This document shows, one piece after another, positions 13,128 through 27,172 of a stretch of DNA of 64,000 bases. Where the stretch lies: contig ML978123.1 in assembly GCA_010015805.1 (NCBI GenBank), forward strand, positions 3,038,001 through 3,102,000. The letters run 5' to 3'. Source of the stretch: Rhizodiscina lignyota. Taxonomy: Eukaryota. Position 1 is the stretch's first letter. The number at the start of each line of letters is the position of its first letter. The notes under the pieces were generated by a model, which saw nothing but the letters and a program-made list of their open reading frames with translations, was not told where the DNA came from and did not search any database. The position numbers were made by a program, and so were the translations under genes.

Positions 13128-16100
13128 ATGGAAATTGTGCTCAGTCAGAGGCCTTGAGTACGATAATCGTGTAGCTGCAGAGTGAAAATCATGATTCAGC
13201 ACATAATTGAAAGTATACCAACATTTCACACCGAAATCTCTTGGCTCAAGTGCTGGCGACGGTGCGACCTTGACCGGCGCCATAACTATGGATCTTGGTG
13301 CTAGAAATTGTCGGAGACTGAATACTATGTAGGAAGGACTTTTGGGTGAGACCCAGCAGCTGTCTCTTTAGAGGCTCTTGTGGAGCTTTGAAGGATGAAT
13401 TGTATTAATCGACTTTGCTACGGCAAGCAAAATTCACAAACGTTACGCCGTACCTGCAGTACTCGGATTAACGATAAAATTGTCCGGATATAGAAACGGC
13501 TCAGCTATCTCCCACGGTGAACGCCTCATTGTTGTTTTAATATCGAAAACTGTGTGTGAGCAAGGTCCCTGCAACATCATTGGTGTAAACGATGCTAGAG
13601 AACCGGAACCTGCATGCTAGGATCCCCTCGACGCCCCAGAGGATCCTGTGCCCTGGCTATGGGTTCCGGTCGTCATGATGATTTGTTGCACTGCCTCAGC
13701 CACCGCACCGCTACGTAATGACCTGCAGCGCTACACGGCTCAGCTGTGCTGCTGAAGTGAGGCTCTATTGCTGTTTAAAACGCAAATCTGCGTATGAGCG
13801 ACGAAGCTCAAATATGATTGGCTAAACACGGACGGGTGCTAAGCACACGAAGGAGATATCGCATATTCCGAATAGACCTTTTGAAGAGAGGACGCCCGGG
13901 TATGAGCAGTGTGCTATCCGCCTTTTCGCTGGTAATTCGTGGAGTCATGTGAGAAAATTTAAAGCTGCCTAGACTCTGAACTTGTGCGCCTTCTATTTTT
14001 ATGGCGAACCTTCTAATTATAGAGCTGTGAAAGACTCTATGGAGTACATAGCGACCAGCTTATCACTGCGTACAGCTGGGTTGGCAACGCCGCGAGAGGC
14101 GGAATTACTTGTGGATGTTTTGTACGTCTAAAGAGCACTTAGGAATGTTCAGTGAGTTGTTAAATTCTCTCGAAACAATCTTTCGAGAGATAAATCTCGC
14201 CATATAAATCTCAAGTGATGGCTGAGCCCTTCATCTTTGGTCAAACCTCTTTGTGACTTTGCGACGAGCTAGGTATCTTGGTACCTAGCGTGTACCCGAA
14301 TTTAGGCTCGTCACCGGGTGCCTCTGTACCCCTGAGCAGTAATGCCACCTTAACCACCAACCGATGCATCCTCTCCATATTTTGTTCGTGAACCAATGAA
14401 TGTTATCGCCTGCTTCTCTGTTCATACTCAAGCATTCATGTGATTTTTTTTCTATTACACTACAATAGCAATCTCCTCTTCTAGGAGAGAATTGTCAGTG
14501 CGATAGTTATCTCCCGAACTGTCCCTAGCGGCGGCCGCCTGAGTGCCGCCTAATGTCGTTCAACGTCGGAAACACAAATAACGTTACGGAGTCCTCCAAA
14601 GCCAGCAAAGAGGGATTGCAACGAAGCAAAAGATAGAAGAGAAGGAGCCGTCAGCATCGTCGTCGCATACGGATTTCGACACTGCAATGAAACATACATA
14701 CATAGACATTGCTCTCCGAGAGCTATCCAACACTGGCGGAAGATTCCTAACTTTTCTTTGCTCTCTTTACATTTTGCCCTAGAGTTATCTGCAGCCCCAT
14801 CCTCTACAGTCTGATACGAAGTTACTCAACAACACGCTGGGGTTGCCTCAACGAGCTTCGCCGGCTAGAACGCTTCTGGATGGGTTGGGTTGGATAAAGG
14901 CGGGCCGGTCCGTCTCCACATTTGCTGCAATGGGTATGAGGTTTATCCGTGTATATGATGAGTATAAGATAAATCAGCAGCACGGAGCAATTGGTCGAAG
15001 CGAGAAGTATTAGAGGCATTTAGTTGCGCGAAGCGAGGATCTTATGCAGGCATGGACGGCTCCGGGAATTCCCCAGATTTTCCTTTCTCCACACTCTCCC
15101 GCCTTCTCCATCCTGCGATGCAACCGTTTCGGCTCACAGACACGATTTGTTGGCTCCACTCTTTCTCCTTGCCTGAGGCTTTACAATTCGCAGGTCGTAT
15201 CTTTGCTTTTTCGGATAAAATCAACAAAGCTTCGTCAAGGACGGTTAAATCTTATGATAGAAACCCATTCTACCCTTACCGAAAGCTTGTTCGGACTTCA
15301 TCGGCGAAGCCGGTGCCATTGTCCCTACATGGCTGGGCAGCAATCACTTCCGTGATGTACCCCAGATTGGATCTGATCCACTTTTGTCAGCACTTTGTGG
15401 AGCTACCTCACCTCGCTACGACCATCTCACGCATGTACGAATGTCGAAGCCGTGGATGCTGAAAGGGTCTCAAACGCAGAGACATTTCTTCCTTGCGAAA
15501 TCCCATGCGAGCCCTCCTAAATAGTAGAGTTTGCGGACTAATACGAAGTATCTGATGGATGCACCTTTCATCGAGACTCTGCCCCCATATACCGCAGAAG
15601 CGGGCAGGAGTGACCAAAATTTGGTCGAGCGAAAGAGAGGAGCTGAGGCCTTGACAGCGAAGCAAAGTATTGTCCCACCCTCTTGCAGAGCAGGCATCGA
15701 ATGGCCAGGTGACCTTTGGCGCTTGCGAGACATCGTTGCTCCTTCTGCTGCGGGTAAGGATGTTTCGCATTCCTGTCCATGCCATTCTGCGAGAAAGTAT
15801 CTGTTCTCTTCTTGGACCTACTCAATTATCCATTCAACTATTCAATGGCCAACGTCTCCAGGGCTTCCAGTATATTCATGGCCCTGCCATTTATCTCCAT
15901 TCGAGCCATACAGTTTCTCGTCCAACTCTTTGAAACCACAGGGGTACCTAAAGGCGTCAATGATCCCCTTCTTTTCACGGAATACAAGATTAGTAAGATG
16001 AAGCCACGTCGTTGCGCTTGAGCCTGGCTGCCTGGGGCATCCTGCAAGCAATGTCAGAAACGGGTGATTACCAGATTAGTGAATGCAGCAACTGCTCGGT

Positions 16101-16619
16101 TGGGAATTCAATTCGCATGTAACAAAATCACATCCAAGGAGCAGCGATATTCCAATAGACACTCAATGCCTCCTTATTGCATTTTTGCCTCTGGTCAGCA
16201 ACACCATGGATTGTTGTTGCTGTCACTAAAGTCTCTTTTGCCGGTGCTTGCGAATGCGATTGCGAGGTTGTAAATGGCTCAATGGCAAGACCAGTCACGG
16301 TCCTCTTCATTAAACCCCTCCAGCAAAATAATTTTCCGTACGCTCAACGAAAGCCAACGCCTCGTCGTTGAGTTATGGCTAAATGCATCCATGGATGAGC
16401 AAACCTTCATTCTGAAGGACATTGTCGCCAGTGTACCACGACGGCATCGATGGCCAAGCGACGACGACGAAGGACGAACGGAGTCTAGAGAAGTATAAAG
16501 AGACGTGTCGTTTCGTCGATAACCTTTCTCATCAGCAACAGCCTCGATCTCAACCTCAAGCCCACAGCAATACCAAGCACCAGCTTCATAGCTCCAACCA
16601 AGCTCTTCAAACAATCAAA

Positions 16620-16939
16620 ATGCGTTTCGCTGCCATCACCGTCATCTCTGCCCTCGCGGCCATCGTTTCTGCCTCCGCTGTCCCTGAGGCCAAGGCCATC
16701 GCCGCTGAGAAGCGCGCTCCCAGCCTTTCCTTTCCAAAGGAAATGTTCAAGCGTGAGGCCAAGTCTGAGGTTTGCAACTGCTGCATTGAGGAGGTGAGTC
16801 GACCATCAGATAAATGCGATTTTTCATCGGATGAATTTTCTTTCTCGACGAGCACCAACTGACAAGTTCATAGTTCATGACCATCGAATGCTTCTGCTGC
16901 TCCTCTGGACAGACTTGCGGTCCATTTGGCTGCGACTAG
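16620..16939 (+). CDS. Small secreted cysteine-rich prepropeptide; intron 16794-16873
   Basis: Signal peptide MRFAAITVISALAAIVSA, two KR Kex2 sites, spliced mature part EAKSEVCNCCIEEFMTIECFCCSSGQTCGPFGCD (8 Cys). Confidence 0.85.
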
Positions 16940-17268
16940 ACGCTACAATGAGAATGACTGAGATGGGGGCTGATGGAAAGTTTTCGGAGAGTATTAAGAG
17001 AGATCAGGGGCAGGGGTAGTTTGGCGGAGGCGTTGAGAGCAAGGCTGGAATTGTATTAGGGACTGCCAAGATTAAAGACGGATGCTTCTAGTGGTTCGGA
17101 ATAATTGTGAAGTATTCATGAGACGTCTCTTATGGTACATTTACAGCCAATAAAACGCCTTGCTCTAATCTTTCATGCCCTCTTACGTTGATCAAAATGA
17201 CAATGTGAGATCGCTTGTTCCTGAGAAAATAACGAGCAAGCCAATATCATGCGATGTGAACATTAATA

Positions 17269-18442
17269 TTACCAGGGACCGTTTCCGTATGTGCGGAAAG
17301 CTGATGGCTGGTTGGGAGCATAAGCCGGAGGGACCGGGGAGGTGGATCTTGGAGGCAGAGCAGGGGTATTCTCTTCAGCTGCTAGACGCTCCCGTGAACC
17401 ATCCTGGCCCTCCAAGGAAGTCAACATCTCGTACGACGTGCCATCCGACAGTATACTCTTCCCTGCCTTCTTCGCTGCTTTGGCAGCCTTCTTCTCGGCC
17501 TTGTATTCCTTTCGGCTTGGTAAATCGCTCTCCTTCCCTGGCATGATGCGGCCTGGGTGCATGATGTTGAAGAGGAGGATTGCGATCCACATTGGGGTCG
17601 TGTCGAAGATATACATGAATACCTCATGATTGGGGATACTGCTGTTGAGGCCGGAAGAGTATTCAATCAGGCGGAAGATGATGCGGACCGTGATCAGGGT
17701 CAGTACGGTATAGAGGACGTAGAGTAGCCGAAGAGCGCGAGTCTGAATCTCGAGCGACGACTCACGCACGACACGGCGTTGGAAGCGGATGGCGATGTAG
17801 ACGAAAACGAGTATGAAGAATTGTTGGAAGCCAACGCCTCCCATGTAGATGTGCAGGCCGGTCTAAATATTGCAGTTAGCACGTGCGACAGCGCAGGAAC
17901 GCGAGAGGGGTTCCTACCAGGATCTGACTCTCAGAAATGTTATCTCCCGATGCGGAGCTGGCCCCAAGAACTTGAATGACGAAGGCGACGAAATCCAGCA
18001 GCACAAAGTACGTGCCAAATCGCCTGGCCTTGATCTTGAACAGCCTCTGGTCCGGAAGGAAGTTGTGCACCATTCGCCCCATGATTTGATAGACGTAGGC
18101 ATTGGTGAACAGTGGCGCGACAAGGATGATGACGAACCATAGCGCATACCATAGCGTGCTTGTGGGGTTGTTGATCGAGATGATACGGAACACAAAGACC
18201 AGCATCTGCAGTATTGCAGAGATGATAATGACTATCGAATACGCCTTGCGATGGATGATGGCTTGGACTATGTGCGCTATGACGAGGAATCCAAACATGA
18301 CAGCCCAAAAGTATGCGACGCCGATGTTTGCTGGAGTGGATGTTAGCCCCTGACTCATCCTGTTGCGGTGTATCGAGATCTACGCACGACAGAAGTTCCA
18401 GTCCGTGTCCTTTGGTTCGATTGCTTTGCATGTCGGCCCCAT
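17269..18442 (-). CDS. RTA1-like 7-TM protein; introns 18331-18387 and 17863-17917
   Basis: MGPTCKAIEPKDTDWNFCPNIG..., LVAPLFTNAYVYQIMGRMV, FVLLDFVAFVIQ, RIIFRLIEY, HEVFMYIFD, HPGR motifs. Confidence 0.9.
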
Positions 18443-19399
18443 TTTGATATTAGCTTTGTGAGTCGGTGTGAGTGAGCGTGGCAGTGATGAGTGAGTGGTG
18501 TGGTGAAAGTCGTGCGACCAATGTCAGAAAGTGATGGGGCTTGAGTAGAGACAATGAGAGAGCGAGAGCAATTGATGCCTTGGAATTGATACAGACTCAA
18601 TCGAGGAGAAAGCGAAAGGCCTATATACTACTTGCCTGTGCCCTGAAGCCGCAACCTCGCCAAGGCCGCGAATTCCTTTCGACGTGGAGATCTCCAAATT
18701 CGTTTTGGTGGAGGAAGGCGCAGGCTGCATTCGTAAGCCAGATATGGTTCTGTGCCTTGATATTTAGGTGTAAATACAGCGTTCATTTAGGAGGCGTGCC
18801 TCATGCACCCGTACATCATGCCATGTAGCGGTGGTTTAGCGGCGTTGCGGCTGGAGATGAAGGCGTGAAGTCGTCACCTACACGAACGAGGCGCTGCGAC
18901 GACCCTGCTAAGCGACCCGATTGGCCCGTTCGTTAATCCTACACGCGAGGAGTGGGCGATTCATGGGCAGCGAGCTAGCAGAAAGAAGCAAGGTCTTTAC
19001 GATAGGGCACGCATGGGCTGTGTCAGTGTCACGTGACGAAACTCCATGCTATCGACGCCCACAGCGACTTCGGGTTGCCCGAGCTTGCCTCTCTGAGCCA
19101 GCGTTACTCCGAGCACAATCCTGCGGAGCAAAAACGCACCGCCGAGTGCCTAAGCCACCAACTATTCGGCCGCCCCTCTGCCGTGGGACTGCTGTTCATC
19201 TTTTAACCGCGAGCGCCAAAGGAAACCACTATAAACTCGCAAAGTCCGCCATAGTTGGGTTGTTGGCTCGTCAAATCTCTCGTCTATTAGTCTTCCGGCG
19301 ACCACGCGGCGACCGCATTGCGTCTCGGTACCTCCACCGCGCCCGTTCTCAGCTTATTCGTGCGCTCGGCTTGCCCACAGCTGCCTTATACGCTGATCC

Positions 19400-22032
19400 A
19401 TGACCTACCTCACGAATGGTGTGTCCACATCCTACGCACTAGCCAACAACATCCCCAAAATGAACCGAATAATACCTGAAATGCTCCCAAATGGCGAATC
19501 ACCTCCGACCTTGGCTAAACGTCGGCGGAAAGCGACTGGTCCGAGAAGCAAAAACGGCTGTCGAACATGCAGGTGAGCCATGCCATGTCCCGCGTGTTGG
19601 TGTGTAGGTACTGGGGAAATGCAAATCGGCCCTCCGCTTTGTCAGGTGCTACATCTCTATGTGAAACGAAATGGACAAAGCCACTCTCGAGACTTCACTC
19701 TTAAGGGTCCAGTTGCGAGCCTGTCGGAACTTTATCTGCTCTCGTATCCTGCTACCCCTTTTAAGATCTCGTTTACGCCCTTGCTACATGCAAGAACAGC
19801 GCTTCGATATGGACGGCCAGAGTGGATACGGCGATGGCCTGCCTGTCGGGGACTCTCCTGGTCTCCCTCCATTCGACCTTTCACATAGTAGCCTGGTACA
19901 AGAGGAGGGGTTTTGGACTTGCATACCCCAGTAGCCTGCTGCTCGCAACCACAACCGGAATAGGCTCGCTAACCGTGAACAGAATACGACGTGTCAAGTG
20001 CGACGAGCACAAACCCGACTGTCAGAAGTGCTCGAGTACAGGTCGAGCATGCGAGTGGTTTTCTGCAGAAGATGCAAAACAGAATTCCATCACACCGGAG
20101 CCAGAAACATTACTGCTGAAACCAGTGTCGAACAAGAGGATCTTGCTGCCGCTGCCGGATTCTCCCTTCTCAACTCCAGAGCAGAGCCGAAGCTTCACCT
20201 ACTTTCGCCAGCGAACCGTCTCCCAACTGTCCGGAATTTTCGACACCGAGTTCTGGGATTTTGTCTTATTACAAGCAACGCATCACAATGAGACCCTTCG
20301 GCATGCTGTTGTCGCCTTGGGTGCTCTTCATGAACGCTTCGAGAGCTGTGATCCAACTGTCCTCGCCTCCAACAAGGACTACATTCAAGGCGGCTTTGCC
20401 CTTCAAGAATACATCAAAGCAATCGGTACTCTTGTCAGGCCATATCAAGCATCCAACCGCTGCCAGGTGAGTCATACAGTACATTTTATTATTTTTATCG
20501 ATACTGCCGACCCGACGAATGCTTGAATCACTTCAGCTGCCTACGAATATGCGTTAGCGTTGGGGTCGTAGCTACATATACTCAAACTCCTCTGGAGGGC
20601 TGTGTGATCGATGAGTTGAAGCTACGTCACGGCTCACTCAGACCTTTTTCCGAAAGAGAAGAGATTCGTCGATGTCGAATTTTCCCTGGAAAGCCTCGAA
20701 CTGTGCTAACTTGTCCTACTACTTTCAGGCCGACGTGTTCCTTGTAGCATGTTTGCTATTTGCCGCCTTCGAGGCCCTGCGGGGCCACTCCGGATCTGCA
20801 CTCTCTCACGTCCACGCCGGTGTTCGCATGCTTGCGGAAATAGCTGGACAAGATAGTCCGGACGAGTTACCGCGGTCTACACCTCCGAAGGTACTCGACC
20901 GTCCTTTGGTGCCTCTGCATATGCTCGTCATGCTCTTTACACGCCTGGACACACAATTGCGCCAGTTGCAGGGGAATGACAGTTGGCCGAAATGTATAGC
21001 CAGATCATGGCAGTTTCCTGAGCAGGGTTTCTGTGCGCAGATTCCGGATGCTTTTACGTGAGTTACCCTTCCTTGAAATCGTCCTGTGTAGTCATAAGTT
21101 GTCGTGTCGATGCTCCAGTCATGGCCAATCGGCATCCGTGGCACTGACGCTGCTCTGGACGTATGCATCCGAGAGTATTTGAGTTGGCACCGTGTCTGAG
21201 AGCACACAATGTGCGGACAGCAGATGTAGTTCAGAATTTGCTAATGTGTGCTTCACAACTTAGGTCGATCGATCAAGCTCGCAACTCGATGGATTATGCC
21301 TGGAGCGACATGATACAGCTGATCGAAGAAGGACGGCCGGAAGTCGCGACTTGGCCGGTACATGTCAATCGCAATTTTCAAACATATTTAGATCGACAAG
21401 CGCTTTACGCGAGATCTATGCGGTGGTTACGCGCATTCGATGCATATGTCGAAAACCCCGAGACGAAGCTGTCGCCGAAAGAACGAAAGGCAGCAAAGTC
21501 GCTGAGGATGTCCGCCGTCATTGGAGCCCAAGCCCTTCAGACTGCAGGCACCGAGAGCGAGATGGACTACGATCAATTTTATGACACTTATGCCGATTCC
21601 GTCGAGATGGCTGCGGAAATTGTCGACGATCCGTGCGGGGACCTGCTGGAATATTCGCTCGACTCGCAGTACAAGGCGATACCAAAATTCCAATTGGACA
21701 TGGGCATCATTGTCACCATGTTCGAGACCATCTGGAAGTGCCGCGACTCTCGAGTGCGACGGAAGGGGATCGCGATTTTGGAACGGAACCCCCGACAGGA
21801 AGGGCTGTGGGACGGAGTGGTGACTGCAAAAGTTGGACGTGAGATCATGAAGCTTGAACAAGGCGACTTAATAAGCGATTATCGTGCCGAAGAGATACCA
21901 GACTGGCGCAGAGTCCTTGAAGTTGACATTAACTTCGACCGCGAGGAGAGGAAAGGCATCCTGATGTTGGCAAAGGTTGCGGGCCAATACGATCCAACGC
22001 GAGTCTGGGTACACAGGACTATCGCGTGGTAG
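19400..22032 (+). CDS. Zn(II)2Cys6 transcription factor; introns 19573-19982, 20467-20728, 21058-21263
   Basis: Spliced cluster RSKNGCRTCR|IRRVKCDEHKPDCQKCSSTGRAC. FWDFVLLQATH..RHAVVALGALH. C-terminal KCRDSRVRRKGI..RQEGLWD. Start could also be 19460. Confidence 0.88.
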
Positions 22033-23576
22033 TGTGGGAGATTGGAAACCAGATGAACCGGTTGAGGACCACCGAAATCGAACCCATTTTCTGGAGCGAG
22101 CTCTTACCTAACCTCTCTGCGACGGACACAATCACAGTAGAGGGAGGGCTTACAGAATGTGCGCGGAGGATTAAAAAGCTTCCTCCTGGCGGTCATTCAT
22201 GACTGGAGAGGACACGAAATCCAACAAGAGCCTTGTAGTCATCTCCGATCACAAGCTGGAGATACCTTGGTGTCACGCAGAAGAGCGATGTCTCCCTCTC
22301 GTGACTGACCACACACGGTCGCGCACCGCATGGAAGAGGAGGCCGATTCTACCACAATATCGCTGAGATACGGGTGCATGCAACTGAGAGAGATTGGTCG
22401 TGATCACTTTCATCATCTGTGGGAACAAGTGCGAGCGGGTAGAAGAGTATTCTGACTCAGTGATATTACTGATTGGGGAAGCTCCCGCAATCCAGGGAAG
22501 ATTATCAAATGGATGTTGCACTAGCGACCAACCGAGGGTGCAGACCACTGGAAAGAGCTTGCCGTTTTAGTGAAGCCGCTCGCTGGGGATGCGTGCGCGC
22601 TTAGCAGAAGGACATCGAGTGCCGTTCACGCTGGAAGTTGGAGACCTGTTAGCTCTGAGAGGGCTGTGTTTCTTGTACAAGCATACCTCTGCATCGCGTT
22701 CTGCGTCCGAAGATCAATTCTTGCTAACATCGTTAACCTCCTTTTGACCTCATTTTTTGTGAACTACCTTTCTTCATATCTGTCCGACTTGAGTATGTCG
22801 ACCCTAGTCAGACTCAAGCGTCTCGCTTCCTTGGACATGCCGACCCAGAAATCTTTGTATCTTGGACTTTCCTCTAAAGGCCTTGTTTCGCGAGACATAT
22901 TTTCCCTTTTGTCATATCAATAACCGATTCTAGCGGTCTGGATACAGATCTCGTGCGAGAATCGATCCTCGTCAGCACGAATCAGAAGGATCATCTCGGA
23001 GTTACAGGGTTGCCATTTGTCGGAATGGGGCCGATGGACCAAACTCCTTAGAATTTCTTCTCATTCTAGGCAAGTATAGGTTCTCTATTAGCACTGGCAT
23101 ATTTACATAGCTGAAAGGCTGACTACATGTAGAAAAACAACCCCCACTTCTCGCAGTACATTCATCACCTCCACTTGTACGAGGTGGAGTTAAGATTCTT
23201 TATCGTAATCACGATCACGTGACATAATATTCGTATCCCTATCTTAGGAATCGCGCCTTCACGGGCGTTGTAACCCCGGAAAATCTCTTCGAGGACGATC
23301 GAAATTCCTGCTTTCGCACGACGTGATTATTTCAGCAGCGGCATGATGTGTGCCTGACGAGAGTGGAAAAGCTATCCAAATCCGCATAAAGCATCTACAT
23401 GTGCGTGTGCAATTGGGGAGGAGTCGTTGGACGGGCACACCGCCTTTCTTTTCTTTTCAATCAAATACTAATATAAATGCATAGCTGCATGTGGTTTGAT
23501 TCTATGTAGCGTCTGGGAATCCCTTGAAAGGCAGCGTGACATTCTGTCTGTTTGTTAATATCCGGCGTCCTGTAAC

Positions 23577-24949
23577 ATGGTCTTCGTACATCTTAATGCC
23601 CTTGCTATTGTTGCAATCTTTCTCAATCTGGCCTGTCATACTACCGGTTTTACTTTACAGTCGCTATGGCCAAATGCTCTCATCACCTCGAGCACGATAA
23701 CGCCGAAGATAATGGTATACATATCCCATTGTTCTTTTACGGGAGAGACTCTCGCTAAAAATAGGACCAGATCGTGGGCTTTTATCCCGATGAGCAATCT
23801 GTCTGGGAGGGCATTCCAGAATTCGATATATTTGGACAAAATATTACAGTGCCAGGACTATCGTCGCAATTCCCACAGGTCCATTGCACGAAGGAGGGGG
23901 ATGTCTGCCAAATGTTGGCTGGCGAAGGAGGTACGTCCTGACTTCTAGCTCCCTATCAGACACCCCATTTTTGCGACCGCCATGCGATCAGATTGATTGA
24001 CTCGACTGCAGAAATCAATGCTGCCTCGTCTATCACTGCGGTAGCATTCTCCCCACTGTTCGACTTCCGCACCACATACTTCATGATCGCCGGTGTCGCT
24101 GGAATCAATCCCGAGATTGCGGGAATCGGATCCGTCACGTTTGCGCAGTTTGTCACGCAGCCTGCTCTCCAATACGAATTCGACGCTCGCGAGAAGCCGG
24201 AGAATTATACGACTGGATACGTACCGCAAGGAAGCCAGTTCCCTTCGCAGTACCCTTCGGAGCTCTATGGAACTGAGTGTTACGAAGTCAATGCGCGGCT
24301 GAAGTCGCTCGCCGTCGGCTTCGCAAAAACTGCGCAACTCAACGACACGGCGGCTGCTGCGCGGTTTCGCGCTACATATCGTGGATACGCACCTTACGCG
24401 GCCGGCACCACGGAACCAGGAGTATATGAATGCGACGCTGCCACCGCAGACGTGTATGTCTCAGGCCGCTTACTCTCAGAAGCCTGGCAGAACTACACCC
24501 ATCTAATCACCAACGGCACGGGGAAATACTGCACAACGCTGCAAGAAGACAGCGGCGTGCTAGAAGCTCTCCTCCGTGCAGACCTAGCAAAGCGCGCAGA
24601 CTTTGCGCGCGCGATTGTCATGCGAACAGGCTCAGACTACGACCGGCAAGCTCCTGAGACCAGCCCAATCGACAATCTATACTTCGGCCAAGACGGCTAC
24701 ACACCCGCCCTGAATAACATCTACCTGGCAGGCGTGAAAGTGGTGCAGGGGATCCTGATGGGCTGGGAGCGCACGTTCAAGCGTGGTATCACGCCGGAGA
24801 ATTACGTTGGAGATATACTGGGATCCCTGGGCGGGAGACCAGATTTTGGACCGGGGAGCATCTTCACCATGGACGGGGAGTCCGGCACGACGCAGCTTAT
24901 GCGGAAAAGGGGCCGAGGGCAGCTCAGGGGCAGGAGGAGACCGTTGTGA
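23577..24949 (+). CDS. Secreted purine nucleoside permease (NUP) family protein; introns 23715-23770 and 23931-24011
   Basis: Signal peptide, GEG|EINAASS, FDFRTTYFMIAGVAGINP, LQYEFDARE, YCTTLQED, MRTGSDYDR. Confidence 0.88.
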
Positions 24950-25751
24950 AGACAATGCATACCATTGCAATGTTTCAGATAGAGAGAGAATGTCTAGAAT
25001 CTTCTAACGAAATCCTTCAACGCAATCCTTGTCGATACCTCGGAGTCAGCGACGCAGGCGTACCTACTGGCTTCCCAAACGGCTTTTGGAGGCTGATTTC
25101 TCCAAACAGACAAGGATAGATTTTCCCGGTATGACTTGCATGAGAATATGCAAGATGACCAGGACTCTCCGACTGTTTCAATGATAAAGGAAATTGCTGC
25201 TTTGAATCGAAGCATAATTAGCAATATCTGACAACGACAGTTCTGGCGGGGATCTTGAGCAGATTTTGTAATTCAATTGGGTATCATAATTCTATCTCGC
25301 TCCCCACATACGCCATAATCTAGAGGTAATGCATCAGCGTGAGGAGTCCATATCCAAGCGGCTCTGTGCTTCCGATCTCCGAGCAGCACTGGATGCGTTG
25401 GGCAATTGACGCGTTCGACGACATCGTCGCTGGCAGACCTCCTAACCCTAGTATCGGAGCTTCGAAACGTCGACGTTGACAGGTGCGAACTACATGCAAA
25501 TCATCTGTTCCAAACCAGTTCCCAAGCGGTCGGATGGTCGTCTCCGATCGGCTGGAGAAATCGCACCAAGTCCAGGGACCTGCAAGTAGCGCGTGTCGCA
25601 TGAATCATGTGAACCGAGGCTCTTCTCGTCTCCTTGCATTAATAGTCCCGCTATATGATCGTGGCCGTTAACGTCGTCTCAAATCGTGTTATTCAAATCT
25701 ACGTTCCAGACTTGCGCCCAGCGCAAGTCGTACTAAAAATCCGACCTCTCT

Positions 25752-27172
25752 CTATGGGTAGGGATACTGGCTTCTGCCAGTGTATTCGAGTCCAGAGCTA
25801 GTGATGTCCGGGCTGCTATGCTGTCCATAGCCATATTCACCACCGCCGCGAACTGTGGTCGAGATATTTGATGCCATTTCGTAAGAGCTGCCGGGCTTGT
25901 TGTCGAACTGCTGCTGGTAATCCCACTCCATTCTGATCTTCTTCATTGAATCCGACGACTCGCGCGAGGACTTGAGTCTCTCAGCTCCATCTGCACGATG
26001 CGTACCGGAGCGGCTCGTGATCATGGAGCTACCACTCTTCTTGTCGGCGGTGTAGCCGCGCGTTCTGTCCCGCTGATTGCGGGACACAAGACACTTCAGA
26101 GCCGGAATTGAGGCGCAGATTATGGCGACGTTGACTTCAACCATGGACCACAGGTTGACCGGCACTGCGTCATGGAATGGATCCTTTGACTGGGTGAAGA
26201 CTCGGATCGAATAAAGTCGTACAATCGAAGCTGTGGCACTGAAGATGCCCATTCCAAAAATGAAAACTAGGGCAAGCTTTTCTTCGGTTGGACGCTGGAT
26301 GGACAGCAATGTCCTGATTGGAAGTGCAATGAGCCAGCAGTCGAGCACGATGTGAATCCCAGATGTAGCTAAAAAGCAGTCAGCATGCAGTGTGCACAAT
26401 CCCCCACATTGGAATCCTACAGTAGAAGAAGGCTGTTGTGTTGATGCAATTGCCTTTGACCGTTCCTGTGAGATCCCACGCCTTGTTGAGTGGGACGCAT
26501 TGTGCCAGCGTCGCTACCTCGGACGCCAAGAAAAAGCAAGCGACAAAAGCAAGCGTCCACAAACACGCACGCTTGAAGAATGAGGTGATTGCTAAGTCAT
26601 GTTAATGAAATCCTGGCGCATTGGAAGAGAAACCGTACCTATTCTCAGATAGAGAAGGAGAATCGATGCTTTGATTGCGTTGACAATGCCATAGTATGTC
26701 GTCTCGATGGCAAGCGTCATCTGTGCCTCGGTATCAGATTTACGCTCCGCACAGACAGTTTCGATATGGGACTGGCTTCATCAAGTACTTACCTTGAGGA
26801 TGCCAACCATTTGGTTCAATGAAAGCTCCGTGCCATGTTTCCCAAGTCCGTACGAGGCCCAGGCGATGTATATTTCTGCCAGATAGCCGCAAGTGATCGC
26901 CTGGATATATCAGCGGAGTCTTTCGCGACGCGCATTCCCATCAACTTACCACCGCTACGCCCATCATGATATCGTCTATTCCAATCTGCTTAACGATGAA
27001 ATATCGCGCGGACAGCCTCACGAAGTAAACGATGGCTACGAGCAACGCATGTCAGCACGGGCTCTCGCTCCCGCTCTGAGTGGCTGTGAGCTCGTAAATG
27101 GCGTGGGAATCACTCACTAGCGACAGCGGTCATGACCGTCGAGACGACGATGAGAACATTTCTTGCCTCCAT
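25752..27172 (-). CDS. Fungal rhodopsin-domain (PTH11-like) integral membrane protein, multi-intron
   Basis: MEARNVLIVVSTVMTAVA|TIVYFVRLSARYFIVKQIGIDD, KASILLLYLR, QCVPLNKAWD..GNC, LPI, WSMVEVNVAIICASIPALK. Confidence 0.88.

Noticed and set aside
5895..13744. 10-bp inverted match GCTGAGCCGT/ACGGCTCAGC flanking the helicase-NLR pair, as possible transposon ends
   Set aside because: Too short to exceed chance. No target-site duplication or transposase was seen.
13675..13755. ATGATGA...CTGA box C/D snoRNA-like pattern
   Set aside because: No terminal stem and no guide complementarity to rRNA that I can recognise.
14822..16500. Many overlapping 60-156 aa ORFs
   Set aside because: No recognisable motifs or consistent gene structure. 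Treated as intergenic.
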